In this document: positions 14,292 to 31,500 of the stretch, one piece after another
Layout: every line of letters begins with the position of its first letter
Position numbering within the stretch: the first letter of the stretch is position 1
Origin: Eledone cirrhosa
Taxonomy: Eukaryota
Direction: 5' to 3'
Length of the DNA: 64,000 nucleotides
NCBI GenBank assembly: GCA_964016885.1
Contig: OZ024749.1
Coordinates: forward strand, 35,154,001 to 35,218,000
The notes under the pieces: generated by a model
Seen by the model: the letters and a program-made list of their open reading frames with translations, nothing else
What the model was told of the DNA's origin: nothing
The model's database searches: none
Translations under genes and position numbers: made by a program

Positions 14292-14943
14292 CTGACATAC
14301 AAATATACAAGACATAAGGTATACAATATAGGGAAATATATATATATATAAAATATCATCATCATTATTTACTTTACTTTTCCATGCTTGCATGAGTTGG
14401 ATGGGTCTTTTCTAGAAAAACATCCTTCCACTTGTGTTCCATTGTCACCCCCTTCTGTTATTTGAGATCAGCTCTCACCACCTCCACCTAGGTCTTTCTC
14501 TACTGTGACTTCCTTCCATTGGGATTTCTTGGCAGTACCTCACCCAGTAACTATCATTCATATGGATCACAGATCCATACCTGAGCAGTCTTTTCTCTTG
14601 GACTTTACAACTCAGTTTTTTTCTCAATTTATCCATGATTCATTGTTCACCCACATTAACACTGCACATCCTTCGAAACTTGGTCGTTTCATTTCTTTCT
14701 ACATATTTCACTACCATGCAGCATTACACATCACAACTTATTTTTAGACATTTTCTACTACATCATCACAAGATATTAAGAGTTAAAAGACTCCATGTAG
14801 AAAGTGTAGAATTGGAAGAGAAATGGTGTATAGCATATATTCACAAACACACACACACACACATACATATATATATATAATAATAATGATGATATATATA
14901 TAGAGAGAGAGAAACTATATGTATATTTGTATATATAATGATG

Positions 14944-15010
<67 letters not shown>

Positions 15011-15229
15011 ACAGCAAGAATTCAATAAGATTAATAAATCATTATTTTTCTAGAAATTTCCATTTGAAGAGACATAAAACTACAGTTAAACACATGAATG
15101 AGCACCAGAACTGCTCTGATGGGTTATATTTCACAGAGAAACTAGAGTATATATACACAATACATATTGTATATTTGTGTAGAATATATGTACATATATG
15201 TAATATAAATATATATATAATATATATAT

Positions 15230-15273
<44 letters not shown>

Positions 15274-16171
15274 ATATATATATAATATATAATATATATA
15301 TATGTATCATATACATAATATACATACATATAATCTACATACATATATGTATAATACGCAGACATACACACACTTGTGTGTGTTTATGTGTGTATAATGA
15401 ACATCAATATTGCATATATATTCTTCTGCCTCAAAGAAGCTATAATCTATTTCAACACATACACACATATACACAAATGTCTGTGCACACCCACGTATAT
15501 ATATATATATATATACAATTATATGCAAATATATACAATTATATACATACATGTAATTATATACATGGGAATATCAATATCAGATAATTGGAGAATAATT
15601 TAGTGATGGTGTAGACGGTAGTGGGTGGTAGATAGGGTGTTGACAGGGTATAGATAGGGTGTGATGGGTTGTAGATAAGGATATGGTGTATATATATGTA
15701 TATATATTCTGTAAAGTGGTTGTGTAGGAGTCATGACAAAAAGCACTCAGCATATACTGTAAAGTGGTTGTGTAGGTGTCATAACAAAAAACACCCAGCA
15801 CACACTGTAAATGTGGTTGGCATTAGGAAGGGTATCCAGCCGTAGAAACCAAGTTAGAAATAGTTCTATATGAGCAAGACATGGTCACCTGACCCAACTT
15901 GCCTCTAATGGGATAACCTGTCTAAACTATGCTAGCGTGGAAAATGGACGTTAAATGATGATAAGGATGAGGATATAACATCATCATCATTATTCTATTT
16001 ACTTTTCCATGCTTGCATGGGTTGGCCAGGTCTTTTCTAACTCAGCAATCCTCCATTTGTGGCGTTCCATTGACATCCTCTTCTGTGAGCTTCAGTGACT
16101 TGTGATCTGCTCTCACCACCTCCACCCAGGCCTTTCTTGGTCGTCCTCTACTGTAACTTCCTTTCCTTCTT

Positions 16172-18112
16172 GTGACAGGATGTAGATAGGGTGTAGAGAT
16201 GGTGTGACAAGGTGTAGAGTGTAGCTAGGGTGTAGAGATGGTGTGACAAGGTGTTGAGTGTAGGTAGAGTATGACGGTGTGTAGAGTGTAGACAGGATGT
16301 AGATAGGGTGTAGAGATGGTGTGACAAGGTGTTGAGTGTAGGTAGAGTATGACGGGGTGTAGAGTGTAGCTAGGGTGTAGAGATGGTATGACAAGGTGTT
16401 GAGTGTAGCTAGGGTGTAGAGATGGTGGGACAAGGTGTAGAGTGTAGCTAGGGTGTAGAAATGGTGTGACAAGGTGTTGAGTGTAGCTAGGGTGTAGAGA
16501 TGGTGGGACAAGGTGTAGAGTGTAGCTAGGGTGTAGAGATGGTGTGACAAGGTGTTGAGTGTAGCTAGGGTGTAGAGATGGTGTGACAAGGTGTTGAGTG
16601 TAGGTAGAGTATGACGGGGTGTAGAGTGTAGATAAGGTGTAGAGATGGTGGGACAAGGTGTTGAGTGTAGGTAGAGTATGACGGGGTGTAGAGTGTAGAC
16701 AGGATGTAGCTAGGGTGTAGAGATGGTGGGACAAGGTGTAGAGTGTAGCTAGGGTGTAGAGATGGTGTGACAAGGTGTTGAGTGTAGGTAGAGTATGACG
16801 GGGTGTAGAGTGTAGACAGGATGTAGCTAGGGTGTAGAGATGGTGTGACAAGGTGTTGAGTGTAGGTAGAGTATGACGGGGTGTAGAGTGTAGATAAGGT
16901 GTAGAGATGGTGGGACAAGGTGTTGAGTGTAGGTAGAGTATGACGGGGTGTAGAGTGTAGACAGGATGTAGAGTTGGTGTGACAAGATGTAGCTAGGGTG
17001 TAGAGTGTGACAGAGTGTAGCTAGGGTGTAGAGATGGTGGGACAAGGTGTTGAGTGTAGGTAGAGTATGACGGGGTGTAGAGTGTAGACAGGATGTAGAG
17101 TTGGTGTGACAAGATGTAGCTAGGGTGTAGAGTGTGACAGAGTGTAGCTAGGGTGTAGAGATGGTGGGACAAGGTGTTGAGTGTAGGTAGAGTATGACGG
17201 GGTGTAGAGTGTAGACAGGATGTAGAGTTGGTGTGACAAGATGTAGCTAGGGTGTAGAGTGTGACAGAGTGTAGCTAGGGTGTAGAGATGGTGGGACAAG
17301 GTGTAGAGTGTAGCTAGGGTGTAGAGATGGTGTGACAAGGTGTAGAGTGTAGCTAGGGTGTAGAGATGGTGTGACAAGGTGTTGAGTGTAGGTAGAGTAT
17401 GACGGGGTGTAGAGTGTAGCTAGGGTGTAGAGATGGTGTGACAAGGTGTTGAGTGTAGGTAGAGTATGACGGGGTGTAGAGATGGTGGGACAAGGTGTTG
17501 AGTGTAGGTAGAGTATGACGGGGTGTAGAGTGTAGACAGGATGTAGAGTTGGTGTGACAAGGTGTTGAGTGTAGGTAGAGTATGACGGGGTGTAGAGTGT
17601 AGACAGGATGTAGAGTTGGTGTGACAAGATGTAGCTTGAGTGTAGAGTGTGACAGAGTGTAGCTAGGGTGTAGAGAAGGTGGGACAAGGTGTAGAGTGTA
17701 GCTAGGGTGTAGAGATGGTGTGACAAGGTGTTGAGTGTAGGTAGAGTATGACGGGGTGTAGAGTGTAGACAGGATGTAGAGTTGGTGTGACAAGATGTAG
17801 CTTGAGTGTAGAGTGTGACAGAGTGTAGCTAGGGTGTAGAGATGGTGGGACAAGGTGTAGAGTGTAGCTAGGGTGTAGAGATGGTGTGACAAGGTGTTGA
17901 GTGTAGGTAGAGTATGACGGGGTGTAGAGTGTAGACAGTATGTAGAGATGGTGGGACAAGGTGTAGAGTGTAGCTAGGGTGTAGAGATGGTGTGACAAGG
18001 TGTTGAGTGTAGGTAGAGTATGACGGGGTGTAGAGTGTAGACAGTATGTAGCTAGGGTGTAGAGTGTGACAGAGTGTAGCTAGGGTGTAGAGATGGTGAG
18101 ACAAGGTGTAGA
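16172..18112. repeat. GT/AG-rich compound minisatellite (agctagggtgtagagatggtgtgacaaggtgt..gagtgt variants)
   Basis: Tandem 39-nt and longer variant units. Confidence 0.95.
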
Positions 18113-18407
18113 CATGACGTGAAAGGCTGAGATATGGTGTGAGATATGATGTAGAAGTGATGTATAGGTTTGTTAAAACTTTCTGTCCCTCTCTCTCTGA
18201 ATCAGTAAATGAGCACTTTAGCGTAAAATTAACGTTTTGTAGCAGATTTCCTCGATGTCAGAATGAATTAGCATATTGTCCACATGTCAATATATAAAAA
18301 ACAAGTATTTTAGTTTTATAGCTGAACAAAATATTGATTATAGCAACAGAAATATCTGTATTGGATTGGAAAATATAATGATAGTACGAGAAAAATACAA
18401 TAATGAT

Positions 18408-19430
18408 AATACATAGTATAGATTTATAAGAGATTATCATAGTACATAGTATAGGTTTATAAGGGAGTGTCATAGTACATAGTATAGGTTTATAAGGGAG
18501 TGTCATAGTACATAGTATAGGTTTATAAGGGACTATCATAGTACATAGTATAGATTTATAAGGGACTATCATAGTACATAGTATAGATTTATAAGGGAGT
18601 GTCATAGTACATAGTATAGATTTATAAGGGACTATCATAGTACATAGTATAGATTTATAAGGGAGTGTCATAGTACATAGTATAGGTTTATAAGGGAGTG
18701 TCATAGTACATAGTATAGATTTATAAGGGAGTGTCATAGTACATAGTATAGGTTTATAAGGGAGTGTCATAGTACATAGTATAGGTTTATAAGGGACTAT
18801 CATAGTACATAGTATAGATTTATAAGGGAGTGTCATAGTACATAGTATAGGTTTATAAGGGACTATCATAGTGCATAGTATAGATTTATAAGGGACTATC
18901 ATAGTACATAGTATAGATTTATAAGGGAGTGTCATAGTACATAGTATAGGTTTATAAGGGACTGTCATAGTACATAGTGTAGATTTATAAGGGAATGTCA
19001 TAGTACATAGTATAGGTTTATAAGGGACTGTCATAGTACATAGTATAGATTTATAAGGGAGTGTCATAGTACATAGTATAGGTTTATAAGGGACTGTCAT
19101 AGTACATAGTATAGGTTTATAAGAGACTGTTTAGTACATAGTATAGGTTTATAAGGGACTGTCATAGTACATAGTATAGATTTATAAGGGAGTGTCATAG
19201 TACATAGTATAGGTTTATAAGGGACTGTCATAGTACATAGTATAGGTTTATAAGGGACTGTCATAGTACATAGTATAGGTTTATGAGGGAGTGTCATAGT
19301 ATATAGTATAGGTTTATAAGTGACTGTTATAATAGATAGTATAGGTTTTTAAGGGAGTGTCATAGTATATAGTAAAGGTTTATAAGTGACTGTTATAATA
19401 GATAGTATAAGTTTTTAAGGGACTGTTTAC
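18408..19430. repeat. 33-bp minisatellite (catagtacatagtataggtttataagggagtgt)
   Basis: About 30 tandem copies, giving the 11-aa periodic ORF artefact. Confidence 0.97.
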
Positions 19431-19579
19431 AGGGCCAAGTATAATCAACCTCTCCCCCCACCACTTCACAAATGAACTTTTATATACACAGTAATGTGTA
19501 TATAATAGTAATACTGTAGTGTTTATATAAATCATAAACAAGTGCTGAGAAAAGCCGTCACTGTATGTTAGACTCTTCA

Positions 19580-22500
19580 ACACTACACCACACCACCATA
19601 CAATACACTACACCACCATACAATACACTACACCACCATACAATACATTACACCACCATACAATACACCACACCACCATACAATACACTATACCACCATA
19701 CAATACACTACACCACCATACACTACACCACACCACCATACACTACACTACACCACCATACACTACACCACACCACCATACACTACACTACACCACCATA
19801 CACTACACCACACCACCATACAATACACTACACCACCATACAATACACTACACCACCATACACTACACTACACCACCATACAATACATTACATCACCATA
19901 CAATACACCACACCACCATACAATACACTACACCACCATACAATACACTACACCACCATACAATACACTACACCACCATACACTACACCACACCACCATA
20001 CACTACACTACACCACCATACAATACACCACACCACCATACAATACACTACACCACCATACAATACACTACACCACCATACACTACACTACACCACCATA
20101 CAATACACTACACCACCATACACTACACCACACCACCATACACTACACTACACCACCATACACTACACCACACCACCATACAATACACTACACCACCATA
20201 CAATACACTACACCACCATACACTACACCACACCACCATACACTACACTACACCACCATACAATACACCACACCACCATACAATACACTACACCACCATA
20301 CACTACACCACACCACCATACACTACACTACACCACCATACAATACACCACACCACCATACAATACACTACACCACCATACAATACACTACACCACCATA
20401 CACTACACTACACCACCATACAATACACTACACCACCATACACTACACCACACCACCATACACTACACTACACCACCATACACTACACCACACCACCATA
20501 CAATACACTACACCACCATACAATACACTACACCACCATACACTACACCACACCACCATACACTACACTACACCACCATACAATACACCACACCACCATA
20601 CAATACACTACACCACCATACACTACACCACACCACCATACACTACACTACACCACCATACAATACACTACACCACCATACAATACATACACCACCATAC
20701 AATACACTACACCACACCACCATACAATACACTACACCACAATACATTACACCACACCACCATACAATACACTACACTACACCACCATACAATACATTAC
20801 ACCACACCACCATACAATACACTACATCACTATACAATACACTACACCACCATACAATACACCACACCACCATACAATACATTACACCACACCACCATAC
20901 AATACACTACACCACTATACAATACACTACACCACCATACAATACACTACACCACACCACCATACAATACACTACACCACTATACAATACACTACACCAC
21001 CATACAATACACTACACTACACCACCATACAATACACTACACCACACCACCATACAATACATTACACCACACCACCATACAATACACTACACCACCATAC
21101 AATACACTACACTACACCACCATACAATACACTACACTACACCACCATACAATACACTACACCACACCACCATACAATACAATACACTACACCACCATAC
21201 AATACACTACACCACACCACCATACAATACACCACACTACCATACAATACACTACACTACACCACACCACTATACAATACACCACACACCATACAATACA
21301 CTACACCACACCACCATACAATACACTACACCACACCACCATACAATACACTACATCACTATACAATACACTACACCACAATACACTACACTACACCACC
21401 ATACAATACACTACACTACACCACCATACAATATACTACACCACCATACAATACACTACACCACCATACAATACACTACACTACACCACCATACAATACA
21501 ATACACTACACCACACCACCATACAATACACTACACTACCATACAATACACTACCCCACACCACCATACAATACACTACACCTCACCACCATACAATACA
21601 TTACGCTACACCACCATACAATACAATACAATACACTACACCACCATACAATACACTACACCACACCACCATACAATACACTACACCACACCACCATACA
21701 ATACACTACACTACACCACCATACAATACAATACAATACACTACACCACCATACAATACACTACACCACACCACCATACAATACACTACACCACACCACC
21801 ATGCAATACACTACACCACACCACCATACAATACACTACACTACAACACAATACAATACACTACACCACCATTCAATACAATACACCACACACCATACAA
21901 TACACTACACCACACCACCATACAATACACTACACTACACCACCATACAATACACTACACTACACCACCATACAATACTCTACACTACACCACAATACAC
22001 TACACTACACCACAATACACTACACTACACCACCATACAATACACTACACTACACTACACCACCTTACACTACACCGCACCCCCATACAATACACTACAC
22101 CACCATACAATACACCGCACCCCCATACAATAAACTACACTACACCACCATACACTACACTACACCACCATACAATACATTACATCACCATACAATACAC
22201 CACACCACCATACAATACACTACACCACCATACAATACACTACACCACCATACAATACACTACACCACCATACACTACACCACACCACCATACACTACAC
22301 TACACCACCATACAATACACCACACCACCATACAATACACTACACCACCATACAATACACTACACCACCATACACTACACTACACCACCATACAATACAC
22401 TACACCACCATACACTACACCACACCACCATACACTACACTACACCACCATACACTACACTACACCACCATACAATACACTACACCACCATACAATACAC

Positions 22501-25500
22501 TACACCACCATACACTACACCACACCACCATACACTACACTACACCACCATACAATACACCACACCACCATACAATACACTACACCACCATACACTACAC
22601 CACACCACCATACACTACACTACACCACCATACAATACACTACACCACCATACAATACACTACACCACCATACAATACACTACACCACACCACCATACAA
22701 TACACTACACCACAATACATTACACCACACCACCATACAATACACTACACCACCATACAACACATTACACCACACCACCATACAATACACTACATCACTA
22801 TACAATACACTACACCACCATACAATACACCACACCACCATACAATACATTACACCACACCACCATACAATACACTACACCACTATACAATACACTACAC
22901 CACCATACAATACACTACACCACACCACCATACAATACACTACACCACTATACAATACACTACACCACCATACAATACACTACACTACACCACCATACAA
23001 TACACTACACCACACCACCATACAATACATTACACCACACCACCATACAATACACTACACCACCATACAATACACTACACTACACCACCATACAATACAC
23101 TACACTACACCACCATACAATACACTACACTACACCACCATACAATACACTACACCACCATACAATACACCACCCCACCATACAATACACTACACCACAC
23201 CACCATACAATACACCACACTACCATACAATACACTACACTACACCACACCACTATACAATACACCACACACCATACAATACACTACACCACACCACCAT
23301 ACAATACACTACACCACACCATCATACAATACACTACACCACCATACAATACACTACACCACAATACACTACACTACACCACCATACAATACACTACACT
23401 ACACCACCATACAATATACTACACCAGCATACAATACACTACACCACCATACAATACACTACACTACACCACCATACAATACACTACACTACACCACCAT
23501 ACAATACACTACACTACACCACCATACAATACAATACACTACACCACACCACCATACAATACACTACACTACACCACCATACAATACACTACCCCACACC
23601 ACCATACAATACACTACACCACACCACCATACAATACACTACGCTACACCACCATACAATACAATACAATACAATACACCACCATACAATACACTACACC
23701 ACACCACCATACAATACACTACACCACACCACCATACAATACACTACACCACACCACCATACAATACACTACACTACACCACAACACAATACAATACACT
23801 ACACCACCATTCAATACAATACACCACACACCATACAATACACTACACCACACCACCATACAATACACTACACTACACCACCATACAATACACTACACCA
23901 GCATACAATACACTACACTACACCACCATACAATACTCTACACTACACCACAATACACTACACTACACCACAATACACTACACTACACCACCATACAATA
24001 CACTACACTACACTACACCGCACCCCCATACAATACACTACACCACCATACAATACACCGCACCCCCATACAATAAACTACACTACACCACCATACACTA
24101 CACTACACCACCATACAATACATTACATCACCATACAATACACCACACCACCATACAATACACTACACCACCATACAATACACTACACCACCATACAATA
24201 CACTACACCGCACCCCCATACAATACACTACACCACCATACAATACACTACACCACCATACAATACACTACACCGCCATACAATACACTACACCACCATA
24301 CAATACACTACACCGCACCCCCATACAATACACTACACCACCATACAATACACTACACCACCATACAATACATTACACCACCATACAATACACCACACCA
24401 CCATACAATACACTATACCACCATACAATACACTACACCACCATACACTACACCACACCACCATACACTACACTACACCACCATACACTACACCACACCA
24501 CCATACACTACACTACACCACCATACACTACACCACACCACCATACAATACACTACACCACCATACAATACACTACACCACCATACACTACACTACACCA
24601 CCATACAATACATTACATCACCATACAATACACCACACCACCATACAATACACTACACCACCATACAATACACTACACCACCATACAATACACTACACCA
24701 CCATACACTACACCACACCACCATACACTACACTACACCACCATACAATACACCACACCACCATACAATACACTACACCACCATACAATACACTACACCA
24801 CCATACACTACACTACACCACCATACAATACACTACACCACCATACACTACACCACACCACCATACACTACACTACACCACCATACACTACACCACACCA
24901 CCATACAATACACTACACCACCATACAATACACTACACCACCATACACTACACCACACCACCATACACTACACTACACCACCATACAATACACCACACCA
25001 CCATACAATACACTACACCACCATACACTACACCACACCACCATACACTACACTACACCACCATACAATACACCACACCACCATACAATACACTACACCA
25101 CCATACAATACACTACACCACCATACACTACACTACACCACCATACAATACACTACACCACCATACACTACACCACACCACCATACACTACACTACACCA
25201 CCATACACTACACCACACCACCATACAATACACTACACCACCATACAATACACTACACCACCATACACTACACCACACCACCATACACTACACTACACCA
25301 CCATACAATACACCACACCACCATACAATACACTACACCACCATACACTACACCACACCACCATACACTACACTACACCACCATACAATACACTACACCA
25401 CCATACAATACATACACCACCATACAATACACTACACCACACCACCATACAATACACTACACCACAATACATTACACCACACCACCATACAATACACTAC

Positions 25501-28500
25501 ACTACACCACCATACAATACATTACACCACACCACCATACAATACACTACATCACTATACAATACACTACACCACCATACAATACACCACACCACCATAC
25601 AATACATTACACCACACCACCATACAATACACTACACCACTATACAATACACTACACCACCATACAATACACTACACCACACCACCATACAATACACTAC
25701 ACCACTATACAATACACTACACCACCATACAATACACTACACTACACCACCATACAATACACTACACCACACCACCATACAATACATTACACCACACCAC
25801 CATACAATACACTACACCACCATACAATACACTACACTACACCACCATACAATACACTACACTACACCACCATACAATACACTACACCACACCACCATAC
25901 AATACACCACACTACCATACAATACACTACACTACACCACACCACTATACAATACACCACACACCATACAATACACTACACCACACCACCATACAATACA
26001 CTACACCACACCACCATACAATACACTACATCACTATACAATACACTACACCACAATACACTACACTACACCACCATACAATACACTACACTACACCACC
26101 ATACAATATACTACACCACCATACAATACACTACACCACCATACAATACACTACACTACACCACCATACAATACACTACACTACACCACCATACAATACA
26201 ATACACTACACCACACCACCATACAATACACTACACTACCATACAATACACTACCCCACACCACCATACAATACACTACACCTCACCACCATACAATACA
26301 CTACGCTACACCACCATACAATACAATACAATACACTACACCACCATACAATACACTACACCACACCACCATACAATACACTACACCACACCACCATACA
26401 ATACACTACACTACACCACCATACAATACAATACAATACACTACACCACCATACAATACACTACACCACACCACCATACAATACACTACACCACACCACC
26501 ATACAATACACTACACCACACCACCATACAATACACTACACTACAACACAATACAATACACTACACCACCATTCAATACAATACACCACACACCATACAA
26601 TACACTACACCACACCACCATACAATACACTACACTACACCACCATACAATACACTACACTACACCACCATACAATACTCTACACTACACCACAATACAC
26701 TACACTACACCACAATACACTACACTACACCACCATACAATACACTACACTACACTACACCACCTTACACTACACCGCACCCCCATACAATACACTACAC
26801 CACCATACAATACACCGCACCCCCATACAATAAACTACACTACACCACCATACACTACACTACACCACCATACAATACATTACATCACCATACAATACAC
26901 CACACCACCATACAATACACTACACCACCATACAATACACTACACCACCATACAATACACTACACCACCATACACTACACCACACCACCATACACTACAC
27001 TACACCACCATACAATACACCACACCACCATACAATACACTACACCACCATACAATACACTACACCACCATACACTACACTACACCACCATACAATACAC
27101 TACACCACCATACACTACACCACACCACCATACACTACACTACACCACCATACACTACACTACACCACCATACAATACACTACACCACCATACAATACAC
27201 TACACCACCATACACTACACCACACCACCATACACTACACTACACCACCATACAATACACCACACCACCATACAATACACTACACCACCATACACTACAC
27301 CACACCACCATACACTACACTACACCACCATACAATACACTACACCACCATACAATACACTACACCACCATACAATACACTACACCACACCACCATACAA
27401 TACACTACACCACAATACATTACACCACACCACCATACAATACACTACACCACCATACAACACATTACACCACACCACCATACAATACACTACATCACTA
27501 TACAATACACTACACCACCATACAATACACCACACCACCATACAATACATTACACCACACCACCATACAATACACTACACCACTATACAATACACTACAC
27601 CACCATACAATACACTACACCACACCACCATACAATACACTACACCACTATACAATACACTACACCACCATACAATACACTACACTACACCACCATACAA
27701 TACAATACACCACACCACCATACAATACATTACACCACACCACCATACAATACACTACACCACCATACAATACACTACACTACACCACCATACAATACAC
27801 TACACTACACCACCATACAATACACTACACTACACCACCATACAATACACTACACCACCATACAATACACCACCCCACCATACAATACACTACACCACAC
27901 CACCATACAATACACCACACTACCATACAATACACTACACTACACCACACCACTATACAATACACCACACACCATACAATACACTACACCACACCACCAT
28001 ACAATACACTACACCACACCATCATACAATACACTACACCACCATACAATACACTACACCACAATACACTACACTACACCACCATACAATACACTACACT
28101 ACACCACCATACAATATACTACACCAGCATACAATACACTACACCACCATACAATACACTACACTACACCACCATACAATACACTACACTACACCACCAT
28201 ACAATACACTACACTACACCACCATACAATACAATACACTACACCACACCACCATACAATACACTACACTACACCACCATACAATACACTACCCCACACC
28301 ACCATACAATACACTACACCACACCACCATACAATACACTACGCTACACCACCATACAATACAATACAATACAATACACCACCATACAATACACTACACC
28401 ACACCACCATACAATACACTACACCACACCACCATACAATACACTACACCACACCACCATACAATACACTACACTACACCACAACACAATACAATACACT

Positions 28501-31500
28501 ACACCACCATTCAATACAATACACCACACACCATACAATACACTACACCACACCACCATACAATACACTACACTACACCACCATACAATACACTACACCA
28601 GCATACAATACACTACACTACACCACCATACAATACTCTACACTACACCACAATACACTACACTACACCACAATACACTACACTACACCACCATACAATA
28701 CACTACACTACACTACACCGCACCCCCATACAATACACTACACCACCATACAATACACCGCACCCCCATACAATAAACTACACTACACCACCATACAATA
28801 CACTACACCACCATACAATTCACTACACCACACCCCCATACAATACACTACACCACCATACAATACACTACACCCCCATACAATACACTACACCACCATA
28901 CAATACACTACACCACCATACAATACACTACACCGCACCCCCATACAATACACTACACCACCATACAATACACTACACCACCATACAATACACTACACCG
29001 CACCCCCATACAATACACTACACCACCATACAATACACTACACCACCATACAATACACTACACCGCCATACAATACACTACACCACCATACAATACACTA
29101 CACCGCACCCCCATACAATACACTACACCACCATACAATACACTACACCACCATACAATACACTACACCACCTTACACTACACCGCACCCCCATACAATA
29201 CACTACACCACCATACAATACACTACACCACCATACAATACACTACACTACACCACCTTACACTACACCGCACCCCCATACAATACACTACACCCCCATA
29301 CAATACACTACACCACCATACAATACACTACACCACACCCCCATACAATACACTACACCACCTTACACTACACCGCACCCCCATACTATACACTACACCA
29401 CCATACAATACACTACACCACCATACAATACACTACACCACACCCCCATACAATACACTACACCACCATACAATACACTACACCACCATACAATACACTA
29501 CACCACCATACAATACACTACACCACCATACAATACACTACACTACACCACCATACAATACACTACACCACCATACAATACACTACACTACACCACCATA
29601 CAATACACTACACCACACCCCCATACAATACACTACACCACCATACAATACACTACACCACCATACAATACACTACACCCCCATACAATACACTACACCA
29701 CCATACAATACACTACACCCCCATACAATACACTACACCACCTTACACTACACCGCACCCCCATACAATACACTACACCACCATACAATACAATACACTA
29801 CACCACCATACAATACACTACACTACACCACCATACAATACACTACACCACACCCCCATACAATACACTACATCACCTTACACTACACCGCACCCCCATA
29901 CAATACTATACACCACCTTACACTACACCGCACCCCCATACAATACACTACACCACAATACACTACACCACCATACAATACAATACACTACACCACCATA
30001 CAATACACTACACCACCATACAATACACTACACCCCCATACAATACACTACACCACCATACAATACACTACACCACACCCCCATACAATACACTACACCA
30101 CCTTACACTACACCGCACCCCCATACAATACACTACACCACCATACAATACACTACACCACCATACAATACACTACACCACCATACAATACACTACACTA
30201 CACCACCATACAATACACTACACCACCATACAATACACTACACCCCCATACAATACACTACACCACCATACAATACACTACACCACACCCCCATACAATA
30301 CACTACACCACCTTACACTACACCGCACCCCCATACAATACACTACACCACCATACAATACACTACACCACCATACAATACACTACACCACCATACAATA
30401 CACTACACCACCTTACACTACACTACACCACCATACAATACACTACACCACCATACAATACACTACACCACCATACAATACACTACACCACCTTACACTA
30501 CACTACACCACCATACAATACACTACACCACCATACAATACACTACACCACCATACAATACACTACACCACCATACAATACACTACACCACCATACAATA
30601 CACTACACCACCATACAATACACTACACCACCATACAATACGCTACACCACCATACAATACACTACACCACCATACAATACACTACACCACCTTACACTA
30701 CACTACACCACCATACAATACACTACACCACCATACAATACACTACACCACCATACACTACACTACACCACCTTACACTACACTACACCACCATACAATA
30801 CACTACACCACCATACAATACACTACACCACACCCCCATACAATACACTACACCACCTTACACTACACCGCACCCCCATACAATACACTACACCACCATA
30901 CAATACACTACACCACACCCCCATACAATACACTACACCACCTTACACTACACCGCACCCCCATACAATACACTACACCCCCATACAATACACTACACCA
31001 CCATACAATACACTACACCACACCCCCATACAATACACTACACCACCTTACACTACACTACACCACCATACAATACACTACACCACCATACAATACACTA
31101 CACTACACCACCATACAATACACTACACCACACCCCCATACAATACACTACACCACCTTACACTACACCGCACCCCCATACAATACACTACACCACCATA
31201 CAATACACTACACCACCATACAATACACTACACCACCATACAATACACTACACCACACCCCCATACAATACACTACACCCCCATACAATACACTACACCA
31301 CCATACAATACACTACACCACACCCCCATACAATACACTACACCCCCATACAATACACTACACCACCATACAATACACTACACCACCATACAATACACTA
31401 CACTACACCACCATACAATACACTACACCACCATACAATACACTACACCACCATACACTACACTACACCACCATACAATACACTACACCCCCATACAATA

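Noticed and set aside
16113-19297. Repetitive ORFs (SHHLYTLATL, MTLPYKPILCT)
   Set aside because: Minisatellite translations. Exons 1 and 2 join seamlessly in the Popeye domain (LLRG|RLKVTY) without them.
18408-19430. 33-bp repeats of CRISPR-like length
   Set aside because: No unique spacers, no cas genes, eukaryotic context.
19565-24076. 1503-aa His/Thr/Tyr/Pro-rich ORF
   Set aside because: Translation of a G-free satellite strand that can hardly form stop codons; antisense within an intron.
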